NCBI GenBank assembly: GCA_965603825.1
Contig: CBFDEM010000021.1
Coordinates: forward strand, 620,001-684,000
Length of the DNA stretch: 64,000 bases
Reading direction: 5' to 3'
Source of the DNA: Blepharisma stoltei ATCC 30299
Taxonomy: Eukaryota > Protista > Ciliophora
This document shows positions 45,601 to 58,169 of this stretch, in pieces. Position numbers and translations under genes: made by a program. Below the pieces are notes generated by a model. That model had not been told where the DNA came from, searched no databases, and was given only the letters and a program-made list of their open reading frames with translations. The first letter of the stretch is position 1. Each line of letters starts with the position of its first letter.

Positions 45601-48600
45601 GTCAGAAAACTTGGAATCATATAGTCCTTCATGATCCAAAAATTGCCTCATTAATTCCAATGTTGGCTTTGCTCCGTGCTCATCTTGAGTTGCCATATGG
45701 ATGTCTTCAGCAACTAGCACCATATATTTTCCGTAAATTGGTGCGAGAACTCCTTTTCGATGTCTTTCTAGCTTTGACTCTAGCTGGTCTTGAAGTCCTA
45801 GCGAAGTAGTAAATGAAGTAAAAGGAACTAATAATTGCAGAGAGCCTGGATCCATTAATTGGAACTTCATAAATTGCCTTACTAAAATGCTTTTCCCTGT
45901 CCCAGTTTGCCCTGTCAATAAAATGTTTTTCTTTGAGTCTGACAAAAGCTTGATTAAATATGAAGTCTTCGTAATAATGCTTGTTGGCACAATAATTAGC
46001 TCAGCGGCTGGCTGCTCACGATTATCTCCCTCGTCTATTACATTGTGAGGATCTCTAGAATCATCCCCTCACTTAATCCAATCTTTTCTATCTTTATCAT
46101 AAATAATATCATATATGCTCAATTTTCGCTTTAGTAATAGAGAAAAATTTGGTCGAGGGATTGTGTCTTCTGAAATCTTAAAATGTCCCTGGTAACTTGA
46201 AATAACACTCCGAGAAGTACGGCTCTTTTTTAGTGAGGTGAATGTGGCTGATTCATCAGTGGGCTCTGCTAATCCAACTCTTTCTTTCAGAAACTCATCA
46301 TAAGAATCTTTATCAGATTGGTCCGTTAATAGAGCCCCAAAGGTTCATATTGAGCTGAAAATGAAAAAGGCTTCAAGTTGCAAAAGGGTTGATGCCGAAA
46401 TAGCTGCTTTTGCTTTTGTTTTTTCAGTGATGTTCTCAGGTAGCGCAATTAAGCTTGAGTCTTCTTGCTCTGGGGCTGCTTTATAAGCTGATAGCATGCT
46501 GTCGTACAGCTTTATAAATGAAGAGACAATCCAATAGTCATTTGTCGGAATATTCAATGGACATTGACGCATTATTTCAAGGCTTGGAGCTGTTATTCAT
46601 TGGAAAAGCTGCTCAATCCTACCTTTATAGTCTGCAAGCAAAACTGGCAAGTCTTTTCTTACATATCTATAAAACAGTTCAGTAGCAGGAACAAGCAAAT
46701 GGTCAAAGTAAACCATCCCACACCGAGAGACCGTTGCAGGTGAAGCATGCTCAAGAGAATCTGTTTCAAATAATAGCGTCATTTCTGGATTAATTAAAAT
46801 GGTTTCTCCAGATATAAGGCATAGCTTCTTATTATCGTCTAAAGCTGTATTTAAATTTTCAATCCATAGACTGTCAACTGGCCCATCAAATACTAGCCAC
46901 TTGAGCCTTTTAGACCCTTCAAACATTAGTTTTCTCAGAATGCTGGATGCTAAGCCATCCTGCCATTCTCTAGTTTGCTCATCAAATGACCCAAACAACC
47001 TTTCTAATAAGTGGGCTTTTGGATTTAAGCAGAGCTTAAGGACGCCCGGATGTTCACACTCATTTCTCATTTCTCTGAATTCTTGAACAGATAGAAAAGG
47101 GAAAATGTCTTTGAATTTGTGATCTTCAATAGCTTCAATGTCAATGTCCATTTCTTTAAAAGAAACAATGTAGGATTGAAATTTTTCTTCAGCTTTCTCT
47201 CTTTTAGTTCACTTTAGCAGTTTCTCACTCAACTCATTTACTTTGAGCCTATTTAAAGCATCATACAGCACATCTAAGGCTGTCGTTTTTCCTGTCATCG
47301 TCTCTCCAATTAGCATAATTCCATGCCTTGTAGTAACTTGATTATAAATTTGGTAGATTTTCTCTTCAAATCTAGGGTCGCTGCACAGCCCTTTTTCACT
47401 AATGATTTTTTTGACAATGCTCTGAAAATCACTCTCATGCCTTTCTTGGAGTAAGACCTGTGGAAATACATCGTCAACGATATTTAAGAATATTTCATCA
47501 TCTTGACCTACAAATTTTGGCCTGTTACACAAATTTAGTGCTTGAACTATAAGTTTTTCCTCTTGATTCAAACTAAGAGCTGTTTGATCATCACTTAAAA
47601 CTACTCCACTATTGACTAAAACTTGGCTGATTGAGCTTAAAGTAAATAATCTTAAAAATGTAACAGGGGATTTTTCATCAATCGAGACTTGGACTCTTAA
47701 ATTCCTGGCAGCGGTGAGGACACTTTTTACTGCTCTCAGGCCAAAATCATAGTGATCTTGAGAAGATAGCTGCTCAGTGCACAGACGAAATACTGTTGTT
47801 ATTTTAATTGAAAGCTGATGAGCATATCTAAAACCACATGAATATAAAGAAATTTCAGCAATCATATTGAACTCAGGAACTGTCATGGAGATGGGCCTTA
47901 GCAAGCTTTTTAAGCTGTCTGGCAATTGAGTTCGTCCTCGATAATTAGGATTCATTGTGCAAAAAACAGCGAAATTAGGGTTTAGTGTCAGATGAGTTCC
48001 TTCAAACATCATCTTCGTCTCTTTTGCTCTTAAACTCATAGAAATTGACAGAATTTGTTGGGAAACCAACGAAAGGACTTCTGATTCAATTCTATTGAAC
48101 TCGTCAAAGCAAGACCAAACACCACATATAGCAAGGCCTTTAAAGAATGAAGCCATTGCAAAAGCTTCTACTCCTTCTGAACAATTGAACACAAGGCAAA
48201 AAATTGCGGCAATATTTGCTAATTCTTTGGTGGTTTCTGTTTTCCCTGTGCCTGCAGGGCCTTCAGGCGAGCCAGCATACCTTAAACTCATAGCTAACAA
48301 TAAAGCTCTTTGTGCTCTTTCTGTCAGATTTGTAATAACAAGCCTTTGACTCGTTCCTAAATATTCATAGCAATATGGGAAAGTGATTGACAAGCAATTT
48401 ATGACTATATCCGTTTCTGTGATAAAGTGCTTTATTTGAACTTGGTAAGCAAAATCATCTTCAGACGTGACATTTAGCATCGTTTCTAGCGTTGACCTTT
48501 GATGAATCAATAAAATTCCTAAATTGCTATAAGAATTCCTGGAGACTCTATCAAATGCTGTTCTTACTAAAGAAACTACTTTATGAATTTCTTTATCCAT

Positions 48601-51600
48601 CCTCTTAATCATTTCCTTAAAAAAGCTGATCTTTGGCGCGTTTCTTAGTGGGATATCAATATGCTCTACATTTTCTCCTTGATCCTCAAAAAGAGCAGTG
48701 AATCCTTCACCTCTGATAATATCCACAACAATTTTGCACCAATTCAGCCTTGCTACTAATAAATTCACTTGATTGGGGTAATTTTTATAAACCCTATCTT
48801 TTGCTTTGAATGCTTGCTTTGATTGACTTTTTAGAATGCTGACCATTGCAACCTGAACTTCTTTAAGCCAACCTTCTAAGCCAAGAGTAGGGCTAATTGT
48901 TTTCTCAAATATTACAACTTCTTTTTCAAGCGATCTCATACCTGTCACGCTGTCGTCAGCAGCAAAGACAAGTGAAGAAATGCCATGAAAGCACTTGTGG
49001 ATTTGCTTTTGAACTGATCTTGGGTTTCTTGTGTGGCTTAAGAGATCAAGCATTTCATCATCAGATAAAAAATAAAACCTTGGGAAAGTCCTTCTTTTTG
49101 AGTCTAAATAAGCTCTCAGACTTTTAAGAATTCTCTCACAGTTATCGTTACACTGAGAGAAATAAGAAATATACATATCAGTAGTCACGCATGAAAGTAC
49201 TGATTTTGACTCATATATAAGGGAAATCATCTTTTTAATGTCATAGTCAGCTTCAGCAAATTTTTTAGCTTCGTTTGCCATTTGTTGAGCCAAATCTGGG
49301 GATGAAAAAATAGGATCTAAAAAAAGCCAGTACTTCTGGACTCTTGTCCATTCATTAATGAGGTCAGAAATAATTTTCAGTGTCTTTTCTCATTCGAAGA
49401 CCCTGTCTTTGAAAGGCCCTACATAAGGGCTAGCTTTTAAAGTTTGAACTTTCATGATGTTATCATCAATTTGAAGTTGGAGGTCATCAGCTTTGGTAAG
49501 TAAAAAGATTTCTTTGTACTTAATCATATTAAATTCTTTCTCATGCCAATCGTTATCTAAATTATCAAGAGTTTTCTCAATTGCCATTTCTCGGTTTGCT
49601 TTTTCAGCAACTTCTAATAAAAAAGTAAGATTATGTCCTTTGTGCAAGTCTTTTTCAATGAGTTCTGTTAAACTGAAATTAAGATCAGGGGTGAATACAT
49701 AGCCTAACTCATCTCTGAATTCTTTTCAATGCCTATCCCTGAGCCCAGGTGCCGTGAAAGCGCTAAGCAAAGGTAAGTATGATCGAAATCCATCTAATTC
49801 AAAATTGAGCTTCCTTACAACCTTTATTTGTTTTTTATAATCCACAAGCATTTCTTCGAGCCTACTTAAGCTCTTAAACCAATTGCTCACGGAAGCATAA
49901 ATTTTATCTACTGCTAGTCTATGAATGTGAGATGTAAGCCAAGAAGGTATGCTCTGCTTATACTCGCTTGCTAACTTTCATAAATCAAAAAATGGCTCAG
50001 CTTGGTCCATAAGGCTATTCAATTCTTTATAGTGTGAAGGCTCCATCCCCAAAAGGGTTTCCCTTCTATTTATCACTTCTGTTGTTTCCTTAAGAGCTTT
50101 GAATTTTCCTTTTAGTTCTTTTGCCTTTTCAGCAACCTCAACTACATACTCAGTCTCCAAATTTTTATTCTTAAGCCCATACAATTTGAACTCTTCAAAT
50201 GCACTCTTATACTCCTCAATAGTAGCCATGATTTTTATTTTTTCTTCTTCCATTTCTTTAGTCAGTGCTTCATTATCAATTGCTAATTCTCCTTTTCGCT
50301 TATTAAAATACTCAATAATGTGTTTAGGCCAATAAAACAAGTTGATGTATTTCTTCATATTTTCTTCATCCAAAAGCACTTCCATATCGATCAATTTCTG
50401 ATATTTGCGCTCAACAATTCAGATGTCTTCTTTGAGTTCTTCAACTTGCTGCACAGCATTTGTGAGATATTCCATGGTTTCAGACACTTCATCAATGCTG
50501 TAGCATTTTCTCGAACCTTTGTCTTTCATATCTTGGAATTCAGTGTATAATGTAGAAATGTCTTCTTTGATGTCTTCTGTTAGTTTCTTAATAATTGGAA
50601 TTCTTAAAGCTTCAGCTTTGGAAATTAGCTCTGCCCTTGTATCTTGGCAAGTCACAGTCAGTATTCCAAAATCATAAAAGCCAACAAAATCTGATCTTAA
50701 TTCTCAGTAATGCTTTGTAAGCAATATCAAGTAATCAGACAAACAGCTTTCAAATAGTGCTTCAGTGTTAATAATTTTATGTTCATTACTTCCCACTCTA
50801 TCCAATCGGTCGTTTATTTGTTTAATGACATCATCCATCGTTGTGCTCAAAATATATTCGTAAGTCTTGAATTTACCTAATAAATCTTCTAAATCTTTGA
50901 CTGATAATTGCAAAAGAGACTTAATTGATTTCATAACAGAAAGCAAGCCTTCAGTGTTATCTATGTCAGGCGGCTGCAACTTAGAAGTTTGAAGATCTGA
51001 CAATTTTGTAAAAATTCATTGTTCTACTCTTTCAAGGTCACTTACGCTATCAATCATTCTATCAACTAATGAATATAATGTAGATATTATTAAATCAATA
51101 GGAGGATCAGCTTGTATAAATATCTTTCCTGTCTTTTTATTTCTATATGCTGAAATATTTACATTTATCAGCGCAGAAGCATGAACGGGAATCAATACTT
51201 CTTCATTCAATAATTTGCTATTTCTAACAATAAACCTTAATATAAATTTTTCATACTGTTTAAGTCCTTTGTGAAGACATTCAGACGCTTGAGCTTGCAT
51301 TTGATAAGCTATTAAAGATAAAACTCTTTTTAAACTTGGGTGAAGATCCTGATATTTTAGCTCTGGATCGTCAGTTTCAATGATCGATCTAAATCTTTTT
51401 CTCAATGCTTCAGCACATTGCGTGATTCAGAAACCTTGGGCAGCTTGTTTGTAGCTGTCAGTTACTCTTTGCTGATATTTAAGGAAATTTTGAAGAGTTA
51501 TTGGAAATTTATAATTATCATCCTCTTGCATATTAATATGAGACAGAGGATACTCAAAGAGGTCTCTCCATTCAAATACAGTCATGTATTGATAATGCAC

Positions 51601-52716
51601 TTCTTGCAAACAGCCAAGAATAAAATCTTTCGAAATTAATGCATCTTTTGAAATTTTTGTTAAAATTTTTGTAAATCGAGGAAACGAACCATATTTGCCT
51701 TTATCTCGATACTCTTTAGGCTGTGGAGGGACTATTTCTAATCCCTTTATAGCTTCTTGAATGTTAGGCTCCTCCCAAAAATAGTATAAAATTCCTTTCA
51801 AAATTCCAAAATCATGCATCCAATGAATATAATCAAAATAGCCTTCCACAGATTGCTTAGGATATCTACTTAAATTAATCCCCAGCCTTCTTTTTGCTCC
51901 TTCCATAGTTTTCTCATCAATTCCTTTAGTTTCATACATCTGACTCATTTTATTATCAATAAACGCCTCAGTTGTGAGTCTTTTTCTTGCTTCATTTCTC
52001 AATTTTAGTGCTCTTTCCCTCCTTTCAAAGAATATGCTTTCATCTTCGAAGTCAAACAGAATATTGTATCTTCTCACATATTTTTCTTTTCCTTCTTTGT
52101 CAAGCTTCAAATGAAATTTTTTGGTTTTAAAATCATAACCCAAAACAGTGCATGGAAGTCATTCAGCAATTCCATTGGCAAAATCAAATTTTGTTCGTCC
52201 TCTGCATACCCCATCAATGGTCCCTGATTTTATAAGATCATCTCCTGGAATATCTTCAAGAACAAATTGATCTAATGGTAGAAATCGGTCTCCAGGACCC
52301 ATATATTTAGGCAGTTCTTTTCAAGTTGGAGGCTCAGGGTCAGGCAAGGTCTTGTAGTTTGGGAGAATTGGCTTCAATTCTGGCATTGTTGTGTTGTTGA
52401 GGGAAAACGTTCTATACCCGCCCTCTATAATTTTTTCAGGAGGAGGCTTGCTTTTTAAATGAGAGGTTCGAAAAATACCTAGGGTAGGAGTAAAATCTCC
52501 AGGAGAGCCATATCGAATCCGAGCGACTTCTTCAGCCATTTCACTTTCAGATCTTCTTGATAGGGTGATTGATCTTTTGGATAAAGGAGTTGTTATGTAA
52601 GTGAAATGTTTTGAAAATTTATTAGGGGAAGCTGTAGAAATCAAGGGAAGTTTAAAACTTTTGTTTAAACTGTCATCACTCTGGCCTTCTGTTTGCTTTC
52701 TTTCAGTTGAAGACAT
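39631..52716 (-). CDS. DNAH1: Axonemal inner-arm dynein heavy chain, DNAH1-like, ~4356 aa, one intron
   Basis: All minus-strand ORF pieces share one frame, separated by TGA (RDRH[TGA], YQFSLK[TGA], FRL[TGA]LTS) except one TAG removed by intron 45100-45114. P-loops GPAGTGKT, GETMTGKT, GQTGTGKS, GIGGSGKH; ends HWVKRGVAIIC. Subtype is inferred from the N-terminal WLPCTVLGYD...ILFDFED region. Confidence 0.93.
45100..45114 (-). other. 15-nt intron GTAATTCCTATTTAG
   Basis: Contains the only in-frame TAG/TAA I found in the 13-kb dynein frame. Confidence 0.92.
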
Positions 52717-52913
52717 TTTATTTATTTTTAAAGAAATTCAATTTATAAATTACCAATCTTACTGCAGTGCAAGAGCAGCGTAAATTTAACTAAGTCAATC
52801 CTAATGCTGCAAGAAGCTTAATACTCTCTAAAATTTTACATTAATTAAATTAATTGAGATTCACAATTATTTGATAATTTCGAGAACGATTTAAGGACGT
52901 CATAATGTAATAT

Positions 52914-53639
52914 TTAATCGTTTGTTCTAAGCAGTGTTTTTAATGTGTTTTCAATCTTATTCTCTGTGTCTTCAAATATTTCTTTATCAAAGTCATAATC
53001 AATCATCATAGAACCTTGCAGATACGAAGCAGATTCATTATCTGAATTATTTTTTGATAACTGAATTTCTCTATCCACAGTTAAAGCAGGCCTGCTAACT
53101 TCATTGCTTGATTTTGTTCTTGTTTCCCTTGCTCCTAATACAGTAATAGGAGATCGATTCCTAAAAGCAGTCCTTATTCCAGCATTTGATTCTGGCCTTT
53201 TCATAGTAGAAAAAACAGAAAAATTTTTAAAAGATGAGACATGCTCAAGCTGTTTCTTTTCAAATAAATCAACTTCCAAAGGCATTTTAAACACCTTATA
53301 AGACGATTTATTCGGGTCTTTTTTTGGTATCAGTGATCTTGGAACTGCAATTTTTGCAGGCTTTATGGGCTCAAAATCGAAGCTTTTCACTCTATATCGA
53401 GGATTGCATTTATTATGAATAACAAATTGAGGATGAGGATAAGGCTTTTCTTCTTTCTTATGAGACTTAGATCTTAATGGTCGAATCTTCGGCTTGAATT
53501 CTAATGATTGGTTGCTTATGTTCAAAAAGTTTAAGACTTTGTCTAGAGTTTGCTGCTCTCTATATACAATTCGATTGTAGTTAGTATATTTCCTTGACAT
53601 GCTTATGTTCGTTGCTTTGTTTGGGAATAAAGAGGACAT
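52914..53639 (-). CDS. Uncharacterised basic protein, 241 aa
   Basis: Uninterrupted ATG-to-TAA ORF. Confidence 0.7.
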   Translation of the reverse strand: MSSLFPNKATNISMSRKYTNYNRIVYREQQTLDKVLNFLNISNQSLEFKPKIRPLRSKSHKKEEKPYPHPQFVIHNKCNPRYRVKSFDFEPIKPAKIAVPRSLIPKKDPNKSSYKVFKMPLEVDLFEKKQLEHVSSFKNFSVFSTMKRPESNAGIRTAFRNRSPITVLGARETRTKSSNEVSRPALTVDREIQLSKNNSDNESASYLQGSMMIDYDFDKEIFEDTENKIENTLKTLLRTND

Positions 53640-53715
53640 TTTATTGCATTAGTTACACATTATGATGCTGCATTTTAATTTATTTTTTTGGGACTTTATC
53701 AAAGAATTTTTAATT

Positions 53716-54081
53716 TTAGTCACATTTAGTTTCTTCCACCTCTTCTTTGTCTTCTTTGTCTTCTTTTTCTTCCTCTTCTTCCTCCTCATGAATCTTTTGC
53801 CTCATTTCTTGCATTTTTTTGAATTCGTTGTAGTGTTCCCTTCTCTTTATTTTAAACTCTTCTTTGCTTATATGATTTTCAAGTTTGGATGCAAGATCTG
53901 ACAAATCAATATTTTGCTCTTCTGCTTCTTCTGATTGTTCACTATCCATATAATGAAAAGGAGTTTTAGGCTCATCTATTTTATTTCTTGTTCCTCTTTC
54001 TTTATCATGTTCTCTAATAACAGTTTCATCCCACTTTATTCTTTTCTTTTCAGTGTTCCCAACTTTCTTATGTTTTTTCAT
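53716..54081 (-). CDS. PPP1R2: Protein phosphatase 1 inhibitor-2
   Basis: RIKWDE, KIDEPKTPFH and FKIKRREHYNE motifs; acidic tail. ATG at 54081. Confidence 0.88.
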   Translation of the reverse strand: MKKHKKVGNTEKKRIKWDETVIREHDKERGTRNKIDEPKTPFHYMDSEQSEEAEEQNIDLSDLASKLENHISKEEFKIKRREHYNEFKKMQEMRQKIHEEEEEEEKEDKEDKEEVEETKCD

Positions 54082-54193
54082 CTTTTTTATAAGTATAATG
54101 GGTTGCAAACAAAAATTATTTTGGAAAAATTACCTTTATTTATTATGTGTAATTTAATATAAAAATCTCTGATCTTGAAACGAACATGATTCT

Positions 54194-57100
54194 TTATAAA
54201 TTCACAATTGAAGTATGCGTTATCACGATTATTGGCTTCTCAAACTTATTAATAAAAATCTCTTGTGAGCCACCAAGATCGCCAACAACCATTTGTTTTT
54301 TCATTTGTGTATCTAGCTTTGCGATTTTTAGTAAAAAGTCATAAGGAGGACCAAGCTTATCAAGTATTCTTTGCTTTAGTTGTTGGCATGTTTCAGTATT
54401 CTAAATATTAATTACTTTAACAAAAATGAAATAAGGCTTTCCTTTAGGCTTCCCATTCTTCATTATTTCATAAACGAGAATTTTATGCTTGATTTTGCTT
54501 TCATTTTGCATTTCTTCTTGCATTTCTTCTACGCTTTTCACCCTTGTGCCTATCAATGTCTCAGAAAACAATTTTATTGATTCAATTTTTGTATTGGGAT
54601 CAAGCATTGATAATAATATTTTTTCGTTGATACTATATAAAAACAATTCAATCGAATTTGGTTCTTTAGTTAAACAATAGCCAATTTGTTTTGCAACCTC
54701 TCCAATAATAAGGTCATTGTTTACCAGCATTGATATCGGAGCAATGGGCTCAAAATCATTGTTAAAGCAAACAACGCGCAAAGGCAATTTATCTAAAGAT
54801 GAAAGAAGGTCATTTTCGGAAATATCATAAAATATTTTTCCATTTTGCAAAACGCTATTCATATCAAAAAACGGAGTAAATCTGTAAGATACAAGATTTT
54901 GATCTAATAGATCGATATGATTAGCAGAGATAAACGGGCACTCTTTTTGCAGCGCATCAGCAATTTTTTTCATTATTTGAAGCTGGCTTGATTTTTTATT
55001 TATTGATGAGTCAATGAATTTAGGCAAGCTAAATGTATCAAATAGCTGCTTTGAATGAGTAGGGAAATTAAAGCAAGCAAGGGAATCATAATAAGTGAAT
55101 TGAACTTCAATCGAGTTTTGAAAATCAAGTATTCTTTCACAAGCACTATCAGGGTTTCCTTTTCCAATAATAATTACATCACCGTTATTAATAGATGTGC
55201 TTCCATTATTATGAGAAGCATAGTGAAGAGCTCCTTTAAGTTGATGTACCGAAATTTCATTATGATTGCTTTTTTCAATGCATAGCCAAGAATCATTTGG
55301 CGGCTTTAAATATTTAAGTGATAATTTTTGGCATAATGCAGTAGAATTCTTCTCGTATATCATATCTGCATCCACAATGTTCAAAGACTTTTCATCAAAA
55401 GCTTTTATTACCACAAATGCGCATTCTTTTTGACTGTTATAATCCTCTTCCATTTGATCAAAAAGATCGGGCGATTCTAAATTTGCTTCAGAAATCTCTC
55501 AAGAGTTATCAATAAAACGGAACACATCATCTCTTGACTCAATTAAGAGAGCGTGACTGATGAAATCGCCTTCAAAAGAAAATTGGCTTATTTCTTCATC
55601 ATTTTTCACTTCTAAAAAGGTTCAGTTTAATTCCCCAGGCTTTAAATACCAGACTTTTGAAATTTTCAGATGACTGAATAAAGAGTCAACAACTTCTTGC
55701 ACAGTATCGGTCCTTTTTGTCGAGTAAGTATAATATTTAGACGGATCATTTCAAGAGTATATCCCGTATCCTGAGTATCCAGTTATCATTTCCTTGCTTA
55801 ATAATGCAATTTGGCAGTTTTCAATTATTTGTATTTCTGCTATGATTTCTTGAAGGTCATCTTCAACGCTAATAACCTCTGGCTTATTTTGGTTGATTTC
55901 TACTGCATCAGGCAAAACTAGATCCTTTTCAGATAATTTGATGTATATCAGCATATAGGCATTCGTATTGCTCAGTGCTTTCCCAATAGAGACTTGCCCA
56001 TCTTCAGATAAGATTAAATCTTTCATTTCTCCTCCTCAATTGGCATTAATTGCTTGAGAAGGGATTGCTTTGTCAACTGATTGGTCGTTAAATTTATACC
56101 AATTATTGTCCAGCTTCGGAGAAATAAATGAATAATAGTGCCCAAAGCCTGGAGTTCCTGAGTGAACTAGAATTGAGAAGAGCCTATAAATGTTATTTCC
56201 TTTTATTTCATCAACCACATATTTATCTAAATCAATTTCATCATAGAACTCGAACCTGTCATTCAATTTATTCATGTCTCCACTAAATGGGTTAAATTCA
56301 AATCGCTTTAGTTGCACTTGTAATACCAGAGGCAGCTCTGCAAACTTAATCGTTTTAATTGCATCTTGCAGACCATAAATTTCAGTATCGTATTTGTCTT
56401 CTCCTCTCAGCTCCATAGGTGCTATATAATTATCAAGACTTTCATATATGTCATGTCTAAATTTAATATCTAGCTGCACATCACTAAAATCTTGATACAC
56501 TTTGGAGTCAAATTTCACATTTAAGCACGAAATGTTTTGAAGAGTTTTGCCTTTAAAAAGCCTTGAGTAACTGTTTTTTGACTCATCATCTTTCATTGCA
56601 TTTTCCAGAGCAGCAGATAGGGTATAATTAAATTCTTGGACGTCATGCTGGACTTTTCACTCTTCTTTGGCTCACCCAAAACTTCTTAATAGTCCTTGAG
56701 TTGAAGGGGGGTATCTGCTTTTTTCTAAGTCCATAAATAGTCTTTTCAGAGCTTGAGGGATTCTATCATTTGGAGTGGGCTTTAGAGAATAAACTGTTTG
56801 CCTAAAAGCTGTGATAAGAAATAAAGTTTGAAGCAAAGAATTCATGTAGCAAGTTGTACCTTCATTAATTAATCCAACATAGCCAGTGATGTCCTTACAT
56901 GTCTCTGGGGCATAAGCCGGCTTTAAAACTGTCATCATGTAAAGAGGCTTTGTTAAATACAACTGAATAAACTTGTATGATAAAATTTTTGGAAAACCAA
57001 TTATTCTATTTCCTTTGGTAAAAGTATCTTTTTTATTTTTTGTCACAAACTTCCTCACTTTATCGGTCTTTTTGGTTACGTATATAATAAATGAAAACTC

Positions 57101-57472
57101 AACATGTTGTGCAACAAAATTTTCATCAACTTTTACTTCAAGATAAAGATTGCAATACCCTCTATCTCCAGCTTCAAACCGCAAGCGCCATTCTTGGTCA
57201 TTAAGTCCTGCAAATCAATCCGAAGTTATCTAATTATACGTTACTAGCTGATTGTTATAATCATAAGGGGCAACTGCACGAATACTTGGTAAGCATCAAA
57301 CTGATTTCGAGATTCCTGATGATGTCAGAAAACTATAGAAATAGGGGATTTTTAGTGCTCCAGGCCTATGAAGTATTTTATCTTCAATATTTGGAGAATC
57401 TTTAAGATTTAGTTGATAATTGCGCTTTGGAGATCTTTTTCTTTTAGTTGGAAAGCTCCCTAAAGGGTCCAT
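54194..57472 (-). CDS. USP7: USP7/UBP15-like ubiquitin-specific protease (MATH-like + USP + divergent tail), 1082 aa, two introns
   Basis: GLINEGTTCYMNSLLQ, SFG[TGA]...QHDVQEF, HSGTPGFGHY, WYKFND, NAYMLIY. Introns 57230-57244 and 54401-54415; eight TGA=Trp. Confidence 0.85.
54401..54415 (-). other. 15-nt intron GTAATTAATATTTAG
   Basis: Phase 0; removal extends the frame 68 codons to TAA 54194. Alternatively the TAG is the real stop. Confidence 0.75.
57230..57244 (-). other. 15-nt intron GTAACGTATAATTAG
   Basis: Phase 0; connects ATG 57472 to the MATH-like exon. Confidence 0.85.
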
Positions 57473-57734
57473 GAGACTATAAGAAAATTTTTATAAATAT
57501 ATTGCCATTATACATTTAAGCCAAAATATTAATTTCCTTTCTTATTAATATCAAAGTTCAAAGCCTGCAATTATTAGTTTTTCTTCAATGAATAAATTTT
57601 ATGAAACTTCTTCGGCTAATGACAAATGAAATTTTATAAATAAAAATTAAACTTAATGTATAAAAATAAATAAATTGGTTATATCGTTCTATTCACAAAG
57701 TTTTATTGATAAGCTTTTTTTTTGGTGTAACAGA

Positions 57735-58169
57735 TTAGTTATAAGTATTAACAAAATCATTGTAGTTCAAATATCCTTGATGGTCAAAAGGTAACTGCTT
57801 CAAAATAATTTTCACTTCTCTCTCAGGCCTGCATTCCAAAAGCACCTGCTCAAGTTGATCTTTATGAATCTTATTTGGTGGTGAGTTTTTGCCTGAAAAG
57901 AATTGAAAAGCCCTTAAAACCTCTTGATTCGTATAATTGCTTGACTTAGTTGGATTCACCGTTCTGTAAAAATCTTCCCAGCCTATCTCCCTCGATCCGC
58001 TTTGATTGGCTTCCAACATGATCCTTTCCGCAAAATGAATATTATCGTCGAAATTAAGTACCCTCAAAAGCCTCTGAATTTCCTGAATATCAATAGTCCC
58101 TGACTTATCAACATCAATGAAGTCAAAGAATTCCTTGCACTCTGCCATAGAAAATGGTCTATCTCCCAT
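57735..58169 (-). CDS. Calmodulin/centrin-like EF-hand protein, 144 aa
   Basis: DVDKSGTIDIQE canonical EF hand plus three degenerate hands. First ATG at 58169. Confidence 0.85.
   Translation of the reverse strand: MGDRPFSMAECKEFFDFIDVDKSGTIDIQEIQRLLRVLNFDDNIHFAERIMLEANQSGSREIGWEDFYRTVNPTKSSNYTNQEVLRAFQFFSGKNSPPNKIHKDQLEQVLLECRPEREVKIILKQLPFDHQGYLNYNDFVNTYN

Noticed and set aside
39631-52716. Dynein, USP, hydrolase and MYB genes as pseudogenes full of nonsense mutations
   Set aside because: Interruptions are almost all TGA at Trp positions, there are no unexplained frameshifts, and each TAA/TAG falls inside a consensus 15-nt intron.
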